Assembly: GCF_009914755.1 (NCBI RefSeq)
Contig: NC_060925.1
Origin: the human T2T-CHM13v2.0 reference genome, Homo sapiens
Length of the DNA stretch: 64,000 bases
Reading direction: 5' to 3' (one strand)
Shown here one piece after another: positions 53,091 to 64,000 of the stretch. The notes below the pieces were generated by a model that saw nothing but the letters and a program-made list of their open reading frames with translations, was not told where the DNA came from and did not search any database. Position numbers and translations under genes: made by a program. Each line of letters starts with the position of its first letter. Positions within the stretch are counted from its first letter, which is position 1.

Positions 53091-54683
53091 GGATGGGGAT
53101 AAATCTAAGTTTCTTTGTGAAGACATATGGTGTGTCAAAATGTTAATTTTTCACTGTCACAGGCTGGCAAGACACGGTCTTAGATCTAGTAAAATTGTTG
53201 CAAAAAGAAAGCAAAGAGGCAAACTTCCCAACTTTTATATTAAGAATATTTGTCTGAAATATAAAACAAAGTGAGAAATTCAATGCAAATAAAATACACT
53301 ACAGGAAAATTTATAGAGTGCTCAAATGGATGAGTTGCATAATTTGTCTTATGAATATTTACTAAAAGCAAAATAAATTGGACAAATAATATTCTTGGAC
53401 TGTAAATCATTGAAAATGATATATACAGTTGGAGAAAAGGACAAGAAAATCATAGCAGGACCTACTCTTTCCTAATTACAACTCCATAGAGTTGTCTATA
53501 GTGTGCTTGTTTTTCATTAATTTTGTGATTATCCTTCCCTTTTCTTTGAAATAACAATAAGAAAACACCAAGGAAAAAGGTTCTGTAGTCATAATATGCT
53601 TAGGAAAGTCAAGATGTTAACATTCACATTCTAGGACTGGGAAACAAATTTTAAGGAAAAATAACTTTACCCTTAAGCCTTAAGCCTCAGGTCTCCCAGT
53701 GTAACATGTTTCAATTTGCTGAGACTAAGGTGTTTGGCTGGATTGTTTGCTGTTGTCTGATAGAGTTCATCTTAAAGTAGTTTCTATTCTTGTATGGGTT
53801 TGTCTGACAATTTTCATATCATTTAGTGAGAATTTGTATTTTTTTCAATTGTTGCCTATTCCTCTGTAATTATTGTAATTGCATCTTATTATATAATTTG
53901 CGTAAATATATGCAATCATGGAATTAGAAAACGCGGGTGGTGATATGCAGTGTCACAACTGCAGTGGTTAAAGATGTGTGATTTTTTTAATCTTTGAAAA
54001 AAATAAAAGCGAAGTAAATATTGTAATTTCAGGGGAAAGCGTTTTAGCTGTCTAAAACTGATTGCCCAGAGAAATCAACCAAACATTTTTATTTAGACAT
54101 AGATAAGAGGTTTCATGTTTTTGACTGTTCTAACTCAGAGATTTGGAAATCTTGGTTTTAAAATATCAGTTTGATGACTGCTCAAACACTTATAAAGTTT
54201 CAATATTAACTTTAAACTATAAAATACTGAGGATCGTATGCTTCTAATGATACCTTTTCTGTAGGTTGTTATCAATGTGAGTTTGAATAAGCATTTATTA
54301 ATACTGTGAATAAGATGCATATTATCAATATTAACGTCTGCATCCATACAGTTGGAGATATTTATGTTGATGTAGACAAAGACACAGACAGTGGAAATTT
54401 ATATGCCTTTCAAAATCCCAGTGACTATAAAATTCTGCTCCTCTGACTATACATTAGGTAAATGGTATATTTAAATAAGTGGTCAAGGCAAAAAAAAAAA
54501 GAGCATAATTCAAGTTCAGCACCCACTGCAATTGTAGATGATAAAAATGAGGCATTCATCAAGCTAACCCTTTCGCCTCTAGAATTTCATGTGCACTGAG
54601 AGAAAAGTCCATTGATCTACATTCAGCTCTTAAAAACTGCACTTGCTGTTAGAAGACAGAACATACACTCAGGAAAAACTTCA

Positions 54684-59247
<4,564 letters not shown>

Positions 59248-61202
59248 ACAATGAGAACACATGGACACAGGAAGGGGAACATCGCACTCGGGGGACTGTT
59301 GTGGGGTGAGAGGAGAGGGGAGGGATAGCATTAGGAGATATACCTAATGCTAAATGACGAGTTAATGGGTGCTGCACACCAGCATGGCACATGTATACAT
59401 AGGTAAGTAACCTGCACATTGTGCACATGTACCCAAAAACTTAAAGTACAATAATAATAAATTAAAAAAAGAATGAAAAATAACAAAAAAAAAACAAAAA
59501 AACAAAAAACTTCCTTGGTGGTAATAATAATCATTTTTTTCTATTTGAGAATTTGGAATGTTAACAGAAAACATGTTTTCTACCAAAATAAAGGTAACAG
59601 TGATCTGGCCATCTGCATTTTAAAAAAAAAAAACTCATTGAAATACTCCTGTAGAATAGATTGCTCACTTTTCCTTGCTTTTGTAGTTCATAGTTTTTAG
59701 GAAAAAAGTATCTTTTACCTTTAAACCAAGAAGGGTATCCAAATTTTGATTGAAAGCACTCCTGTACCTCGGTTCTCTTAAGTGTTTCTGAGACATGAGT
59801 TTGCAGGTAGGAAGCTGGTACGGATGACACAACTGGGACAGACTGGACTAAGCCAGCCTCATCCAGCTACATGCAGCTGCTTCGCCTTTGTCTCCAAAGG
59901 ACTCATCCCTTGTTCCACATTTTGAAAACAACCATGCATTTACAAAGAAATTCTCAATCTTCTTGTTTTCTCTTTAATTCTCTTTAAAGGAAGGAAAAAA
60001 ATTCTGTATGCCCTATTCAAGTGCTATACATTGGTCTTAGGGACTGGAACTGAAAACTTTTATGATCAAAAAATTTTCTCCTCCAGTTGCCATTCTGTTC
60101 TAAATTTTACTTTATTTTTTGATGTAGGAATGTTTCTTTAAACATCAAGATTTTAGTTTCCAGTAGAAAACTAATGAATTATTAAAGGATGGGAACTTGA
60201 AGCAATCTTTAGTGCTTAATAAGGAGAAACCACAAGGCTTGAATAAACTGTTCCATATTTCTCTTTTAATGCTCCGTTTAAAATCTAGACGGTGTGTCAT
60301 AAGCCTTTTAAAAAAAAACGATTGTGTTTACCAATATAGAATATGAGATTTTTGTTTCTTTTTAGGTATTTTTCTTGCAATTAGGATATACTTTGATGTT
60401 ACCATGGCTATGGCTTCACGTTCCAAACAATGAGTTTTTTCTTATGTTTGATTAAACCAAAATAATGTTAGTATAATTTCCCTGTAAATTATTATTTGTT
60501 GACAATCAGTGTTAATGCCACTAAAAATTGAGTATAAATATCAACAAAGTACATTGGTAAATGATTAACAGGACAAATGAAAAGAAAAATAGAAATTCTA
60601 AATAGAATTGCTATACTTCTCCAGAATTCATTCCTCCTAGAATAACTCCCTCAGGGTGAATGAAAAGTCAGGTGGGCAAAGCTGTGAGCTCCACCTCCTT
60701 CAACTATACAAATTTTGATTTGGTAAAGGAAATTTTGACCTCATTATTTCACCCTGCCTTGAACCAAGTTTTTATGCACCTACTTTATTATTGCTCTTTG
60801 CATGTACATTAAAACAAATATTTTATTTTGACTTTAACCTAGAATGAGCACTACAGTTATAAGCAATTGACACAAGATAAGTCTAAAAGAACCAAAAAAA
60901 CATAGAGTAAGATTCGTGATAGACAAAAAGTGACTTGCTGGCAATATTAAACATTGCTAAACTCAAGCAACGAAAAATTAGGCTAAATATTGTCAACAGT
61001 GTCAAAATGTTCTCCATTCATAATCTATTATTGATCTACGATAACTAATAAATCTGTACACTGTGATTCATGTTTTTGGAAAATTGAACTCCCAACTTAC
61101 ACACAATATTCCAGTTGCCTCTGAGGAATGAGGTTATAAATAATTTAAAATTTTGATGTCTTGTTTTTCTTTAATAGAAAATTTATTGCCTAGGTATAGT
61201 AG

Positions 61203-61700
61203 TGTATTAGGGTTCTCCAGGAATCAAAAACAATAGGCATTATAAATAAATAAATATATAAAAATATATATTTATATTTGTATGTGTGTATTTATTATAA
61301 ATAATTGGCTTATGTGATTATGAGGCTAAGAAGTCCTAAGAGCTATAGTCTCCAGGCTGGAGACCCAGGCAAGCCAGTGGTATAAGTTCTGATACAAAGG
61401 CTAGTAGGCTGAAGACCCAAGAAGAGTCTTGAAGTTTTTCAGTTTGAGTCCAAAGGCAGGAAAAGACCCATGTCCCAGCTCAACAGTCAGTAGTAGGTGC
61501 TCCCTCTTACTGGGACTTTTGGTGCTATTCAGGTCTTCAACTGATTGGATGGGGCCCACTCACATTAGGGAGCAGAGTAAGCTTTACTCATTCTACCAGT
61601 TCAGATGGTTGTCTCATCCAGAAACACCCAGAATAATGTTTGACCAAATGTCTGGGCACTCCATGGCCAAGTCAATTTGACACATAAGTTAACTGTCCCA
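61203..61700 (-). mobile_element. ERVL solo LTR (older MLT2, C/D-like)
   Basis: tgtattagggttctccag...gattggatggggcccactcacatt...cacccagaataatgtttgaccaaat...ttgacacataa. Confidence 0.8.
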
Positions 61701-61945
61701 CTAGGTAACATATGAAGAATTGTTTTAAAAAAAGTTATTCAGCTGGGTAGAAATTACCATCTGTCTAGAAAATAGAGTTGGAGAAGAGAATGAAGCTGAT
61801 AATGTGCCTGAAATCTTTTTTCTGGCTTCTATTCCAGTCTGAGAGTCAGGAAAAGAAGAGATCTCTAATAAAATGCTTCTAATGTTTGGGTCATTTTTAC
61901 CACAACATCAGTAATGGAAGAGAAAGTCAAAAGAATGAGGCTCCA

Positions 61946-62287
<342 letters not shown>

Positions 62288-64000
62288 TCATCCTTCTCAC
62301 TGCTTTGGAGTTTGCCAGATTTGGGTACTTTGATCCCTAGGGAATAAACACTCCTTAGCTGGACAGCAACACAAATAACTCTTAAATGAACTGCGTCTGT
62401 TACACACACACAGGCACGCATAGAGTTTCAATGGGGTTTATTGAAATAAAGTGGCCTCTACACTGAAGAATTGTAAGGACTGTATTCTATCCATTTCCTG
62501 TTTACTTCTCCATTTATTTGTATTCATAGGTAAGGTTTACTAGCACATCATTAAGATACTGTAAAACAGCATTAAAATCCTACCTTTTAATTTCCTCAGG
62601 TAAGCGCCTCTCTTGTCTTAGCAATGCCTCGGTTCTCAGGCCTTGTTTATCTTTCTCTGTAATTGTGAGTGAGGAGCTTTCTGAACTGGATGACTGCCTC
62701 TGATTTTACCCCTTCAAATTCATCTTCCTTGCAGCTGATTGAGTGATCCCTCTGAAGAACAAACATGATTGATTGAAGAATAAACGTGCCCTCCCAACTT
62801 AAACAGCTTCCAGGCCGCCTCAGTAACGTGAGGATTGAGGGAAAATGCCTCAGCCTGGCTCAGACAGTGCCTCCCGTCTTGGGCTGCTTGGCTCCTCTCT
62901 TCCCATTCAGCCTTGTTACTCTCCAGAAGTACCAAGCAGCTTGTAGGTTTTCAATGCCCCAAGGAATGTGTGCGCCATTCTTCACACTGTTCTTGCTCCT
63001 AGATGGCTCCCCACATGCTGAAAACCCCCACCTTCTTCCCTTAATGGGTTTCGATTTAGTCTTCAAGGCATGTCTCAGGCATGTTCTTTTCCCAAAAGTT
63101 TTCTGACACTCCCTCTGTTAAAGGACAAGGTGCCTTTCCTCTGTCTTTTGGAGGAAATTTACCAGTGATCACACTGAGCATATATCCGATAGTCTCATCT
63201 CCTCAGCTATAAAGTCTTTGGTTTTAGAACCTGTATTAATTCATCTTAACATCCCCTGTGCCTAACAGAGTCTAAGTGCTGAGTAAATGGGGGCTGAACT
63301 AAGCTAAATTCCAAAGATCAAGCCAAGAGTTCTTAGTTACTTGAAAAACAAACAAACAAACAAACTTCTGACCTTTCTTCATTATAATCTTGGCAAATCA
63401 GAATTCCTTTGCCCTAAAATAACTGTAATCAAGGAGTTGACGCTAAAGTGATGATGAGAACTGTAGTATCACTACACTAATGAATCTTTTAGCCTTGTAC
63501 AAGAAATAATAGAAAAATCCATAACCAGTTTCACAGAGAACTGCTAATAAAAATCAGAAAACACTATAAATACGGCATTAAAAAAGGTAAAAAGCTGGGC
63601 TGAAGCTTAAAGATGGAAATATTTGCAGAAAACTAAGGCAGTGAGAAATGATGTCCTGTATCATGTTTTGATGTGTTATATTCATCTTTCTGGTGATGAC
63701 TTTATTTCACATGTAAATTAGGAAAAAGGGAAAGGAAAGCATATCCATATCATTCATGTCCAGGGAAGGAAAGTGAAGTATCTTAGAACAGCTTCTCAAG
63801 TCAGCTCTACATAGCTGGGCTTTTGAAGTGCTGGTGAATTTTTTTTAATCTCGCCTTCTACAAAGAAATAACAAAGCTTAGAAATTTAAAAATCCAGGCT
63901 ACTGTCAATTCTGTGACTTTCCATGAATCAGTCTCGTTATTCTTTGACATCTTAAAAGAAAACAGCCATATGACTGATAATCTTTGGTGAATTTCAGATG

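Overview
Primate (very likely human) genomic DNA containing the 5' end of the sialyltransferase gene ST6GALNAC5 on the + strand. It has a CpG-island promoter, a 15-nt first coding exon (11273-11287, MKTLM), an 806-nt intron 1, and a 246-nt exon 2 (12094-12339) encoding the signal-anchor and a polyQ stem. More than 51 kb of intron 2 follows; the catalytic exons are not in the window. The remainder is repeat-rich: a near full-length HERV-L provirus with MLT2A1-type LTRs (17986-24416, -), a deleted-type HERV-H provirus with LTR7 LTRs (38411-43996, -), a 4.8-kb twin-primed, 5'-inverted L1PA (54722-59505), six Alus, solo MaLR/ERVL LTRs, and old L1M, L2, MIR and MER fragments. I found no convincing novel biological system. 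The best leads are regulatory: a strong-context uORF in frame with the main ATG, a competing stop-containing 5' splice site after exon 2, two embryo-stage ERV promoters pointing antisense at the gene, a destroyed HERV-H splice donor, and a missing HERV-H target-site duplication. Subfamily calls and old-repeat boundaries were made by eye and are approximate.
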